Made by a program: the position numbers and the translations under genes. Below the pieces are notes generated by a model. The model was not told the origin of the DNA and did no database searches. It worked only from the letters and a program-made list of their open reading frames with translations. A stretch of 64,000 bases of DNA from contig CAYZBF010000006.1 of the NCBI GenBank assembly GCA_964476585.1, positions 4,429 through 68,428 of the forward strand, written 5' to 3'. Shown here piece after piece: positions 17,157 through 26,922 of the stretch; within the stretch, counting starts at the first letter, position 1; every line of letters begins with the position of its first letter. The stretch is from an uncultured bacterium (GTDB lineage Bacteria; Hydrothermota; UBA3072).

Positions 17157-18470
17157 TCAAAACAACCCTTCTATAGCCTCTCTTATGGTATTATCTTCTC
17201 CTACATCAAGTCTGTAAGTAACTCTAATGGACGGCTTATTGATCTTTATCACTTTTTCAAGATCGATAGGTGTACCGATTACCACTGCATCTACTTCTGA
17301 TTTGTTGATGGTCTCTTCCAATTCCTCTATCTGGGCCTTCCCATAACCCATAGCGGGAAGGATAGGACCTGTCGTTGGATACTTTTTGTAAGTTTCCTTT
17401 ATAGAACCAACCGCATAGGGCCTAGGATCAACTATCTCTTTTGCTCCGAATTTCCTTGCTGCAACAGTGCCGGCCCCATAACTCATCCCCCCATGAGTTA
17501 AAGTGGGTCCATCCTCAACAACAAGCACTCTCTTCCCCTTAATAGCTTTTGGGTCTAAAACGCTGATTGGCGATTTAGCTTCGACTACCAAAGCATTAGG
17601 GTTGTACTTTTTTATATTATCCTTTACTTTTTCTATATTTTCTGCACTAGCAGTATCAACCTTATTGATGACAAGGATGTCAGCCATAAGGAGATTAACT
17701 TCGCCAGGATAATATTTTATCTCATGGCCAGGACGGTGAGGATCAACTACCACTATATATAGATCGGAAACATAGAATGAAAAGTCGTTATTCCCACCAT
17801 CCCAGACAACTACATCTACTTCTTTCTCTGCCTCACGGAGGATTGCCTCATAATCCACACCGGCAAACACGGTATTCCCCATATCAATATGAGGCTCATA
17901 TTCCTCCATCTCTTCTATTGTGCAATGAGCTTCCTTCATATCCTCAAGGGTTGTAAATTTCTGCACCTTCTGACGCGCTAAATCACCATAAGGCATGGGA
18001 TGTCTGATTATAGAAACATTCTTGCCCATTTCCTTTAGAATTTGTGAGACATATCTCGTTGTCTGGCTCTTACCCGAACCCGTCCTAACCGCACATATTG
18101 AAATAACTGGCTTTTGTGATTTAACTTGTGTAGATTTAGGTCCAAGCAACATAAAATCAGCGCCGGAAGCTATTACTCTCGATGCACGGTCCATAACGTA
18201 CTGATGTGAAACATCGCTATATGCAAATACAACTAAATCAACATCCTTTTCTTTTATCAAACAGGATAACTCTTCCTCCTTATAGATTGGAATACCCTCT
18301 GGATAATTCTCTCCTGCAAGCTCTACAGGATATTTCCTACTGGCTATATCCGGTATCTGCGTCGCAGTAAATCCTATGACTTCGAAACGGTCATTATTTT
18401 TGAAAAAGGTATTAAAATTTTGAAAATCACGACCTGCTGCACCCATTATTATGACTCTTCTTCTATCCAA
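17157..18470 (-). CDS. COG2403 P-loop protein (cDPGS-like), candidate arginine synthetase ArcE
   Basis: GAAGRDFQNFN, AVRTGSGKSQT, RHPMPYGDL, CTIEEMEEYEPH, VEDGPTLTHG; directly upstream of arcC. Confidence 0.75.
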   Translation of the reverse strand: MDRRRVIIMGAAGRDFQNFNTFFKNNDRFEVIGFTATQIPDIASRKYPVELAGENYPEGIPIYKEEELSCLIKEKDVDLVVFAYSDVSHQYVMDRASRVIASGADFMLLGPKSTQVKSQKPVISICAVRTGSGKSQTTRYVSQILKEMGKNVSIIRHPMPYGDLARQKVQKFTTLEDMKEAHCTIEEMEEYEPHIDMGNTVFAGVDYEAILREAEKEVDVVVWDGGNNDFSFYVSDLYIVVVDPHRPGHEIKYYPGEVNLLMADILVINKVDTASAENIEKVKDNIKKYNPNALVVEAKSPISVLDPKAIKGKRVLVVEDGPTLTHGGMSYGAGTVAARKFGAKEIVDPRPYAVGSIKETYKKYPTTGPILPAMGYGKAQIEELEETINKSEVDAVVIGTPIDLEKVIKINKPSIRVTYRLDVGEDNTIREAIEGLF

Positions 18471-18541
18471 TTAACCCTCCTTTCTCTTCTTTCTAAATAC
18501 TACCCTGAAAAATTCTATTGTCAAGGAAACCTACTCTCTGG

Positions 18542-19420
18542 CTATTCATTCAGTGCTTCGGCTATCCCCTTTGCCCTATAATGATATTTCATTATCCACT
18601 TCAATAATGGAAACAAAAAACTGTCACGATGAGAGAGAAGATAATCAAATCCTTTATCCTCTACCCACTGTTCGGTCCCGAAAAGATGGGTTATCAAAAA
18701 AACATAGTTTTTCTTGAGATGACGCATGGCAACGCGCTTTCCATACATCTCTGAAAACATAACTGCATTTTTACCAAACATATAAGCTTTACTAAAAACA
18801 GATTTCAAACGTTCATCCGTTTCATAACCATCTACATGCCAGCCAACGCAACTCCTCCAGGCATATGCAGTTTTCAATCCAATATCTTTCAATCTTCTTC
18901 CCAGTTCAATATCTTCATACCCCATAACTGTTCCAAAAGACTCATCAAGCCCCCCTACTCCTACTATCCATTTCTTCTTTACGGATACATTTTGTGTAAC
19001 AAGTCCCACAAGACAGAGTCCGTCGATGCGTAGATTCAATTCTCCATAATTCCTGGGGTTCTTTATGTGTCTGACCATTCCCTGCACAATCAGTCTATCA
19101 TTTCTCTCATGTAACCTAAGATGATCTCTTACGAAATTCATGTCCACAAGAACATCGGAATCGACAAATATTATCACATCCCCTCTTGCCCTTTTTATCC
19201 CTCTATTCCTTGATGTGGGTTGCCCCATATTTTTTCTGTTCCGAAGGTATATTAAGCGGGGATCGTCTATCTCACTCATTAATTCCTTAGTTTCATCTGT
19301 AGATCCATCATCCACCACAATAAGTTCGTAATCTTCCACCGATTGGCCGAGCAGTTTCTCTACGCAACAAGAAAGCAGAAATGCACGATTATAACTTACA
19401 ACTATTACTGACGCTTTCAT
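18542..19420 (-). CDS. Glycosyltransferase family 2
   Basis: VIVVSYNR, VVDDGSTD, IFVDSD, YEDIELG. Confidence 0.9.
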   Translation of the reverse strand: MKASVIVVSYNRAFLLSCCVEKLLGQSVEDYELIVVDDGSTDETKELMSEIDDPRLIYLRNRKNMGQPTSRNRGIKRARGDVIIFVDSDVLVDMNFVRDHLRLHERNDRLIVQGMVRHIKNPRNYGELNLRIDGLCLVGLVTQNVSVKKKWIVGVGGLDESFGTVMGYEDIELGRRLKDIGLKTAYAWRSCVGWHVDGYETDERLKSVFSKAYMFGKNAVMFSEMYGKRVAMRHLKKNYVFLITHLFGTEQWVEDKGFDYLLSHRDSFLFPLLKWIMKYHYRAKGIAEALNE

Positions 19421-19451
19421 TACCCCTCGCCTCCTTATACCTTATTGACAT

Positions 19452-20669
19452 TTATGGTAAATCCCCTCTCAACACCCCTTGATAAATTTCCACCAGTTGA
19501 TCATTCAACTTTTTAATGTCGTAGTGCTTCTCTACAAATTGGCGTCCAGCTCGACCCATTTCCGGCCAGATCTCAGGATGTTCAATAAGATATTGCAACT
19601 TAAAAGCTAAGGCATCCACATCACGCTCCCCTACGAGGAAGCCAGATTGGCCATCTAACACACCCTCAGGTATCCCATTGTGTAAGGTAGATATCACAGG
19701 CAAACCCATGGCCTGAGCTTCCTGCAAAACCAGACCCTGCCCCTCTTGGTCACCATTCCTATCAGTTGCACTCGAAAGAACAAAAATATGAGCTTTGGCG
19801 TAGAGCCCTCGGACTTCATCCTGATTCATCCATCCTAACAATTTAACCTTATCCTCGATACCCAACCGCCTAACAAGTTTGTGGAGTTGATTCCTAAGTA
19901 CTCCATCTCCCACAATTTGATATTGAAGATTTGGGTTCCTTTTCAACACTTTAGCTACAGCCTTTATAGAATATTCAAGCCCCTTTTTCTCAACCAGTCT
20001 ACCGACCGTTAAAACCTTTACGGTATCAACTGAATTATACTCCCTTTCAATAAAAGGAAACTTTGCAATATCCAATCCTACTGGAAGTTTTACTATCTTA
20101 TCCTCAGGACAACCCAAAGCCTTAACCTTATTACCCGTAAAATCAGTGTTGATTGTGCATAAATCAACCTTCTGGAATAGGAGTTTGTAAACCTCCTTAC
20201 CATGTTTCAGCGGATAAGTATTAACGTCATAGCCATGAAAAGAAGTAATAACTTTCCCTTCAATAACACCAAGTTCCCTAAGCAGAACACCTAAAATGCC
20301 TTTCGAACCGAAGTGGCAATGAATAATATCGTAAGAACCGCCTCTTAAGAAGGGAAGGGCAGCGAAGAACAGTCTTAACGAAAGTGCATTCTTACCATAT
20401 TTGAAGATATTCAAAGATTTGACCAAGGCGAAAGGATTTTTCCAGGAATAGTCAATAATACGTTCAATGGCTTTAGGAGGACTATACCGATAGTGGGTCT
20501 TTGAAAGGAGGTCGTATTTTCTAACATCGGGATGAACCTTAGGATCTTTACCTCTACTGCCCGAGAAAATATCCACCTCATGCCCACGTTCTATCAAACC
20601 TATTATTTGATCCAAGATAAAGGTCTTTGATATGGTTGGAAATCTCCCAACTAAAAATGCGATTCTCAT
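19452..20669 (-). CDS. Glycosyltransferase family 4, WcaL-like
   Basis: FPTISKTF, IIHCHFG, TSFHGYD, GRLVEKKG, GDQEGQG..LQEAQAMGLPV. Confidence 0.9.
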   Translation of the reverse strand: MRIAFLVGRFPTISKTFILDQIIGLIERGHEVDIFSGSRGKDPKVHPDVRKYDLLSKTHYRYSPPKAIERIIDYSWKNPFALVKSLNIFKYGKNALSLRLFFAALPFLRGGSYDIIHCHFGSKGILGVLLRELGVIEGKVITSFHGYDVNTYPLKHGKEVYKLLFQKVDLCTINTDFTGNKVKALGCPEDKIVKLPVGLDIAKFPFIEREYNSVDTVKVLTVGRLVEKKGLEYSIKAVAKVLKRNPNLQYQIVGDGVLRNQLHKLVRRLGIEDKVKLLGWMNQDEVRGLYAKAHIFVLSSATDRNGDQEGQGLVLQEAQAMGLPVISTLHNGIPEGVLDGQSGFLVGERDVDALAFKLQYLIEHPEIWPEMGRAGRQFVEKHYDIKKLNDQLVEIYQGVLRGDLP

Positions 20670-21550
20670 CCTTTTTCTGCCTCCTCTATTCCTTTTCTTC
20701 TATAATGATATCTTGTTATACCCTTAAGGATAACCCATAGCAGACCAAGACCTTTTTTACTCTGCACCATCATTTTTTTGACTTCCTCCTTATCTACCCA
20801 TCTGTCGGTACTAAGGGCTTTAGAAAAAAACAAAGCCCTCTTCGTATGGGCATATTGTTCTCCAAGTGCGCCCCATTTCTTTACAAAATAGTAGGCTGAT
20901 GCTCCCTGTTTTTTCCACTTCTTGAAGGTCTGATTAAGACCCTCTTCTGTTATAAAACCATCAATATGGAAGGCCTTACATCTCCTAACCCCATACACCC
21001 ACTTCAATCCTAATTCGCGGAGGTGCAGGCCCATATCTATATCCTTATATCCCATTGTTGGGCCAAAATCTGAAAATCCTCCAACTTCGTTTAGCCATTT
21101 TCCCCTGACCGAGACATTCTGTGTTATAAATGTTCTAAGACAAAGTGCGTTAGGAAAATAAAAACCATCCATAGACAGCCCTTCAACAGAGCTTATATGC
21201 CTTACCATACCCTGAAGGACAATATCATCTCTCCTTTGATGGATACATATATGGTCTTCTATAAAGTCAGGAAATACTATAACATCGGAATCAATGAATA
21301 TTATTATATCTCCATTTGCTTCCTCTATTCCTTTATTCCTTGCATAATATGGCCCTTTTTGTTCGGATAACCTTATATAGCGAAGATTAGGATAATTAGT
21401 TTTTGAAATGAAAGTTTGGGTTTCATCTGTTGAACAATCATCTATGAGAATAACCTCAAAAGCGGAAACCGTTTGATTCATTAAATAAAATAGACAATAT
21501 TTGAGGACTGGCATTCTATTATATGTTGGCAGAATAACTGAAGCCTTCAT
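20666..21550 (-). CDS. Glycosyltransferase family 2 (paralog of 18542-19420)
   Basis: VILPTYNR, LIDDCSTD, IFIDSD; shares QGMVRHI and HYR.KGI.EA with the paralog. Confidence 0.9.
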   Translation of the reverse strand: MKASVILPTYNRMPVLKYCLFYLMNQTVSAFEVILIDDCSTDETQTFISKTNYPNLRYIRLSEQKGPYYARNKGIEEANGDIIIFIDSDVIVFPDFIEDHICIHQRRDDIVLQGMVRHISSVEGLSMDGFYFPNALCLRTFITQNVSVRGKWLNEVGGFSDFGPTMGYKDIDMGLHLRELGLKWVYGVRRCKAFHIDGFITEEGLNQTFKKWKKQGASAYYFVKKWGALGEQYAHTKRALFFSKALSTDRWVDKEEVKKMMVQSKKGLGLLWVILKGITRYHYRRKGIEEAEKG

Positions 21551-22647
21551 AAAATACCCTCACTTTTTAGAATGCACTCTGCGATACTCTTTGCTCCCCC
21601 AGGAGGTCCCATTCTCATCCTCCCCTCATTCCCCATGACCTCACGGATACCCTGGTCTCGTAAAATCTCATCTACCTCGTAGGCTATTTTTTCTGGTTCA
21701 TACTCCATAAATTTGAATGCTTTACCCAATAATTTTCTTTGACCCAAAAGGCGTCGCCTGGTTGTTTGGGCTCCTGTTCCAACAAAGGATATAACAGGTA
21801 CTCCAAAACCAGCAGCTTGTTCAGTGGCTGTTCCTGCAAGACTTATCACTAATTTTGAACTCTTCAAGATATCTACAAAGCCCCCTCTTACAAAATCTAC
21901 AACTTCTTCTAACCCTAAAAGTATTCTTCTCATCCTATTATAATCAACAGTCGCTGCCACTGACACTGCAAAATGAATATTATCTATCCTTCTATTTAGA
22001 GCTTCCATAACCCTCGCTATCCTTTCCATATTACCGTAGGATTCCTCCCGTGAACCCGGGAGGACCCCCACAAGAAGCTTCCCTTCTGGCGGATGATATC
22101 GACTTTCAGGAATAAGCTCATCCATCATTGGGTTACCGAGAAAGCGGGCATCAATTCCCTTTTGTCTTAAATTCGAAGCAGTTAGCTCATCGTGAGTAAA
22201 AACAATTTTTGCACATTTTCTCATAAGTTGTTCCTCTATCCAGAGATGCGGTGCCATCCAGTCAGATTTACACGGAGCAAGAAAGTATGCTTCTCTCCGT
22301 AAGGCCATCCAACTCATAAGTAAGAAAGGAACATCACCAACCACAATTATTAAATCAATTCCATTTCTATTCTTATGGAGTCTCTTCATATAGGTAAACG
22401 GTATAGGAAGAGATTCGATTAAATCTTTAGTAAAACCACTAAAACTCTTCAGAAAAAATCCCCCTGAAGGTGGTGGGGCACTACCACCGATTACCCTTAC
22501 CCCTCTCTTCTCATACTCTTCTCCAAAGGATATAAAGGGAAAGGAAATAATTTCTATATTCGGACAGAGTCTGATTAACTCTTTACCTATAAGTGCTCCA
22601 GAACGATCTTCGCCATAGGAATTACTTAGGATTGCAACTCTTCTCAT
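21547..22647 (-). CDS. Lipid-A-disaccharide-synthase-related protein (TIGR03492-like GT-B fold)
   Basis: SNSYGED, GNPMMD, LPGSR, LAGTATEQAAGFG, RMGPPGGA; start taken at MRRVAIL. Confidence 0.75.
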   Translation of the reverse strand: MRRVAILSNSYGEDRSGALIGKELIRLCPNIEIISFPFISFGEEYEKRGVRVIGGSAPPPSGGFFLKSFSGFTKDLIESLPIPFTYMKRLHKNRNGIDLIIVVGDVPFLLMSWMALRREAYFLAPCKSDWMAPHLWIEEQLMRKCAKIVFTHDELTASNLRQKGIDARFLGNPMMDELIPESRYHPPEGKLLVGVLPGSREESYGNMERIARVMEALNRRIDNIHFAVSVAATVDYNRMRRILLGLEEVVDFVRGGFVDILKSSKLVISLAGTATEQAAGFGVPVISFVGTGAQTTRRRLLGQRKLLGKAFKFMEYEPEKIAYEVDEILRDQGIREVMGNEGRMRMGPPGGAKSIAECILKSEGIL

Positions 22648-22691
22648 GAGAGAATATTTGTGGAAGATATGTGAAATGTCAAGAGCCAACA

Positions 22692-22770
22692 TTGGGCATT
22701 AGGTCTTAGGTGTTAGGTATTAGGTTCATACCCTATTCACTCATCTACTCATATACTCATTCATCTACCT
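22692..22770. repeat. 7-nt and 8-nt tandem arrays
   Basis: TTAGGTC TTAGGTG TTAGGTA TTAGGTT (22699-22726); ACTCATCT ACTCATAT ACTCATTC (22739-22762). Confidence 0.75.
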
Positions 22771-22806
22771 TCTCCGGTCCCCCGTCACTTTTATCAAAAA
22801 AATCTC

Positions 22807-22859
22807 TTGACATTTTGAAGAAATAGATTATAAAATAATATATAGACGGTCGTCTATAT
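22807..22859 (+). promoter_or_regulatory. Sigma70 promoter with palindromic ArsR-type operator
   Basis: TTGACA-N16-TATAAA, then the perfect 9-2-9 inverted repeat ATATAGACG-GT-CGTCTATAT (22840-22859). Confidence 0.75.
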
Positions 22860-22876
22860 GAATAGGAGGAGGATTC

Positions 22877-23140
22877 ATGGAAATTATAAGAATTTTAAAT
22901 TTACTTAGTGATAAGACCCGCTTAAAGATACTAAGGTTACTCGGCGAAGGAGAGAAAAGTGTTTCCAAAATTGTAAAATCCTCAAAACTAACTCAACCAA
23001 CAATTTCCCACCATCTTAAGAAACTGGAGGAAGCAGGTCTAGTAATCAAGAGACGTTATAAAAAATGGGTGCTATATTCTGCAAATCTGGATTCTCTCAG
23101 GTTGTTTATAAAAAAATTGGGATTAGAACTGGATCTCTAA
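22877..23140 (+). CDS. ArsR/SmtB family transcriptional regulator (no Cys)
   Basis: LSDKTRLKILRLL...SQ-like TQPTISHHLKKLEEAGLV winged HTH. Confidence 0.9.
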   Translation: MEIIRILNLLSDKTRLKILRLLGEGEKSVSKIVKSSKLTQPTISHHLKKLEEAGLVIKRRYKKWVLYSANLDSLRLFIKKLGLELDL

Positions 23141-23159
23141 AGGGAATGAACATCCTATT

Positions 23160-23402
23160 ATGGATATATTAAAAACACGAGAAGTTATAAATTGTAGGTG
23201 TCTTCCAGAGGATAAAGGAATCTACAGGGGTTATAGTGCAAGGGCACATCAATATATCGGGGATCTTAGTGGACCAGACCCATGTTGCATTTATAACAAA
23301 AAACTATATTATGAATTTATGGATAAATATAAAAATGGAGAAAAATTTGACCTACAAGAAGAAAATAAAGAAAAGTTAATCAGCATTAAGGAGGCAGGAT
23401 GA
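23160..23402 (+). CDS. Small hypothetical protein with CxC and CC motifs
   Basis: 80-aa ORF whose stop overlaps the next start (ATGA); contains CRC and PCC. Confidence 0.6.
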   Translation: MDILKTREVINCRCLPEDKGIYRGYSARAHQYIGDLSGPDPCCIYNKKLYYEFMDKYKNGEKFDLQEENKEKLISIKEAG

Positions 23403-24868
23403 AGATTGTAAAAAAAGCAGCTTTTAAAACACTCTCATCTCTCACTAATTTTGCAATAAATAATGGACATTTAAGACACTGGCTAATCAGAAATATGGAA
23501 GCCAGGATATATAAAGACCTTATAAAAGAGAATCCAGATAATAGACCCCTCAAGGTCCAGGAAGATAAATATTATATGGGCCGCTCAATATTCCGAAGCA
23601 TCGACCGTGCTGTCACAAAAGGCCATCTATCCGAACAATCCATTAAGGGACTCCTCCGGGTATTCCTTGGAAATGTTTTCTTCGGGGGTTTCTATCAAAG
23701 GATAGATTACCTCAAAAAATATGGGGAACGTCCTCCTGTATTTATGACCCTGAGTCCGGGCAAGCAATGTAATCTCCGATGCAAAGGTTGTTACGCAGCA
23801 TCAGGAGCTGAGTTCAAGGAAAAATTATCCTGGGATGTCCTTACCAAGGTCATCGACCAGGCAAGAGAACTCTGGGGCATGCGATTCTTTGTAATCTCAG
23901 GTGGAGAACCGCTTATGTATGAAGATGAGGGGAATACCATCCTTGACCTATATGAAAAATACGATGATTCATACTTTCTTATGTACACAAATGGCACGCT
24001 GATAGACAAAAAAGTGGCTGATAGGATGGCAGAACTGGGTAACATTACCCCTGCAATCTCCGTAGAGGGAATGAAGAAGGAGACTGACTGGAGGAGAGGA
24101 AAAGGGGTCTTTGATAGGATATTAGAAGCGATGGGAAACTTAAGAGCTGCAGGAGTTCCCTTTGGTATCTCAATAACTGCAACGAGAACTAACCTTGATG
24201 TTATAACTACGGACAAATTCAGGGATTTCTTCTTTCACGAAATGGGTGTCGTTTACGCCTGGATATTCCAGTACATGCCTATCGGCCGGGAGTACACACT
24301 TGAGATTATGCCCACCCCAGAAGAGAGGGCCAAATTGTATGAATGGGAATGGCAACTCCTTAGAAAAGAGGATCTCTTTGTGGCTGATTTCTGGAGCACT
24401 GCAACCGCTTCGGACGGCTGCATAGCGGGAGCGAGGCCCGGCGGGTATTTCTATATAGATTGGAATGGCGACGTTATGCCCTGTGTCTTTGTCCCTTATA
24501 CGGTGCATAATGTTAACGAAGTATTTAAAGAAGGTGGCAACCTAAACGATATCATTCATTCAGACTTCTTTAAATCGATAAGAGAGTGGCAGTATGATTA
24601 TGCTTACAAGAGGGAACCAGAAGAACATGGAAACTGGATTATGCCCTGCTTCATACGCGACCACCATGAGAAATTCCTCAAAGTTGCAGAAAAATATAAT
24701 GTTAAGCCCGCTGATGAGGATGCAGCACTTGCCCTACATGATACGGGTTATAATGAAGGTCTGATAAAATATGATGAGAGAATGCAGGATTTAACCAACC
24801 CGGTATGGGATGACCATTATATAAGACCTGATAAAAAGCACATTAAGAAAGAGAAGGTATCTACCTAA
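23399..24868 (+). CDS. Radical SAM protein with SPASM/twitch-like C-terminus
   Basis: CNLRCKGC, SGGEP, YTNGT, GCIAG...YIDWNGDVMPCVF, PCFIRDH. Confidence 0.9.
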   Translation: MKIVKKAAFKTLSSLTNFAINNGHLRHWLIRNMEARIYKDLIKENPDNRPLKVQEDKYYMGRSIFRSIDRAVTKGHLSEQSIKGLLRVFLGNVFFGGFYQRIDYLKKYGERPPVFMTLSPGKQCNLRCKGCYAASGAEFKEKLSWDVLTKVIDQARELWGMRFFVISGGEPLMYEDEGNTILDLYEKYDDSYFLMYTNGTLIDKKVADRMAELGNITPAISVEGMKKETDWRRGKGVFDRILEAMGNLRAAGVPFGISITATRTNLDVITTDKFRDFFFHEMGVVYAWIFQYMPIGREYTLEIMPTPEERAKLYEWEWQLLRKEDLFVADFWSTATASDGCIAGARPGGYFYIDWNGDVMPCVFVPYTVHNVNEVFKEGGNLNDIIHSDFFKSIREWQYDYAYKREPEEHGNWIMPCFIRDHHEKFLKVAEKYNVKPADEDAALALHDTGYNEGLIKYDERMQDLTNPVWDDHYIRPDKKHIKKEKVST

Positions 24869-24873
24869 TTAAT

Positions 24874-26088
24874 ATGATAGACCCCTTAACAATATTAGGT
24901 AATATTGTTAAAGAGAGAGGAGGGAAGATAGTTCTCCTTATCCTCGATGGGCTTGGAGGTCTACCTCTTAAAGGTAAGACCTCCCTGGAAGTCGCTAGAA
25001 CCCCGAACCTTGACAGACTGGCTAACTTAAACTCCGCTGGGCTCCTGGATCCCATCTTCCCTGGAATAACCCCAGGAAGTGGCCCTGCCCATCTATCCCT
25101 CTTTGGGTATAACCCCATCAAATACCAGATTGGTAGGGGAATACTGGAAGCTTTAGGGGTAGGAATGGAAGTTAAGGAAGGAGACCTCACCTCTCGTGGT
25201 AACTTCTGTATTGTAAAAAATGGGATAGTGATTGATAGACGGGCTGGTAGAATACCAACTAAAATAAATAAGGAACTGGTGAAGCGACTTAATAAGGAGC
25301 TAAAGGAAATAAATGGGGTAAATATCTCGTTTAAGAGTGGTGAGGAACATCGTTTCGTCATCCGTTTCCGCGGAGAGGGCTTAAGCGAGGAGGTCACTGA
25401 TACTGACCCTCATACGGCAGGAGAAAAATTACTCAAATCAAAACCAAAAGAGACCGATGAATCCTCTAAGAGAACTGCCGACATTATCAATAAGGTAACG
25501 GATGGAGTCGGGACCATCCTCAATGAAATTGACCAACCCCCAAATGGAATAGTCTTACGTGGTATATCTGGCGCTCCAAACATACCACAATTCCCGAAGG
25601 TTTATAAGCTAAAGGCAAAATCGATCGCCACTTATCCTATGTACTTGGGACTCACTAAACTTATCGGTATGGATGTTGAGTATGGCCTTAAAACACTTGA
25701 AGATGAATTGAAATCACTTGAAGAATCATATAAGAATTACGATTATTTCTATGTACATATAAAGAAAACGGATTCCTATGGTGAAGATGGAAATTTCGAA
25801 AAGAAGGTAGAAAAGATTGAAGAGGTGGATAAGATAATACCAAGGATTATGGAGCTTTCACCTGCTGTTCTTGCCGTAACAGGTGACCATTCAACACCAG
25901 CGACTTACAAGGCCCACTCCTGGCATCCTGTGCCCGTACTAATAGTATCTAAATGGACACGGATAAGTAATATCTCTGGATTCAATGAGAGAGAATGTGC
26001 AAAGGGAGATAATGGAAGGATACCAGCCCTCTACCTTACATCCCTACTTCTTGCCCATTCCGAGAGATTGGATAAGTTTGGCGCATAG
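24874..26088 (+). CDS. apgM: 2,3-bisphosphoglycerate-independent phosphoglycerate mutase, archaeal type
   Basis: ILDGLGG, TPNLD, PGSGPAHLSLFGY, KKTDSYGEDG, TGDHSTP, HSWHPVP. Confidence 0.92.
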   Translation: MIDPLTILGNIVKERGGKIVLLILDGLGGLPLKGKTSLEVARTPNLDRLANLNSAGLLDPIFPGITPGSGPAHLSLFGYNPIKYQIGRGILEALGVGMEVKEGDLTSRGNFCIVKNGIVIDRRAGRIPTKINKELVKRLNKELKEINGVNISFKSGEEHRFVIRFRGEGLSEEVTDTDPHTAGEKLLKSKPKETDESSKRTADIINKVTDGVGTILNEIDQPPNGIVLRGISGAPNIPQFPKVYKLKAKSIATYPMYLGLTKLIGMDVEYGLKTLEDELKSLEESYKNYDYFYVHIKKTDSYGEDGNFEKKVEKIEEVDKIIPRIMELSPAVLAVTGDHSTPATYKAHSWHPVPVLIVSKWTRISNISGFNERECAKGDNGRIPALYLTSLLLAHSERLDKFGA

Positions 26089-26922
26089 ATATCGGAATTC
26101 CCCAGCTGCAATCATTAATATCCCCATAAAGGAAAGTAATCTGGGGTGGTGCTTCTTAAGATAGTAAATCAAATCCTTGTTGAAAATTCTGATTCTTTTA
26201 AGACCCAGGAGTGTTGTTGTCCCACCCCTTTTGTGTATTGCCTTAGCGGTTGATAAATAAAACGTCCTGTATCTCCCAAGCAAACGCTTTGAGAAGTCAA
26301 CATCAGAAAAATATAAAAAAAATCTTTCATCAAAGAGACCAACCTCATCGAATATCTCTTTTTTTATAAGAAGCGCACAAGACATCGGCTGCTCTACATC
26401 CTGTTTTTTTGAATAATCAAAGTCGAGAAGTTTCCAGGTCCTTACAAACTTTATCTTAGAGAAAAACCTCGATAAACCAATGCCTTCCCATAAAAATAAA
26501 AGTGGCGTGGGAATTGTTCTTATTGAATGTATTACCTTACCCTCAAAGTCAACTAACATAGGCGAAACCGCTCCTACATCATTTGGCTTAATAGCCTCGA
26601 CCATTCCCCTCACGGAACCCTTTTCGAGGAAAGTTGTTGGCGACAGGAGAAAAATATATTTTCCCCTTACTTTCCTTATCCCTTGATTCACTGCTTTTGG
26701 ATAACCAACATTCTCTTTATTAAATATGGAAATGACGTTAAATTCTTCCATTACCTCTCGGGAATTATCAGTTGATGCGTTATCCACCACGATACATTCG
26801 GAGTCCAACATTTCCGACTCTATAGAAGAGAGGCACTGGCGTAAATACTCACCCCCATTATAGTTTACAACTACAAAACTGATAAGAGGAGTTTTGAATA
26901 TTCCTTTGCGTGATTTACCCAT
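26044..26922 (-). CDS. Glycosyltransferase family 2
   Basis: VVVNYNG, VVDNASTD, FDERFFLYFSDVD. Confidence 0.88.
   Translation of the reverse strand: MGKSRKGIFKTPLISFVVVNYNGGEYLRQCLSSIESEMLDSECIVVDNASTDNSREVMEEFNVISIFNKENVGYPKAVNQGIRKVRGKYIFLLSPTTFLEKGSVRGMVEAIKPNDVGAVSPMLVDFEGKVIHSIRTIPTPLLFLWEGIGLSRFFSKIKFVRTWKLLDFDYSKKQDVEQPMSCALLIKKEIFDEVGLFDERFFLYFSDVDFSKRLLGRYRTFYLSTAKAIHKRGGTTTLLGLKRIRIFNKDLIYYLKKHHPRLLSFMGILMIAAGEFRYLCAKLIQSLGMGKK

Noticed and set aside
22877-26088. Arsenic-resistance or arseno-organic biosynthesis operon
   Set aside because: The ArsR has no Cys, there is no arsB/acr3/arsC/arsM/arsJ, and the radical SAM does not resemble ArsS or ArsL in size or motifs as far as I can judge.
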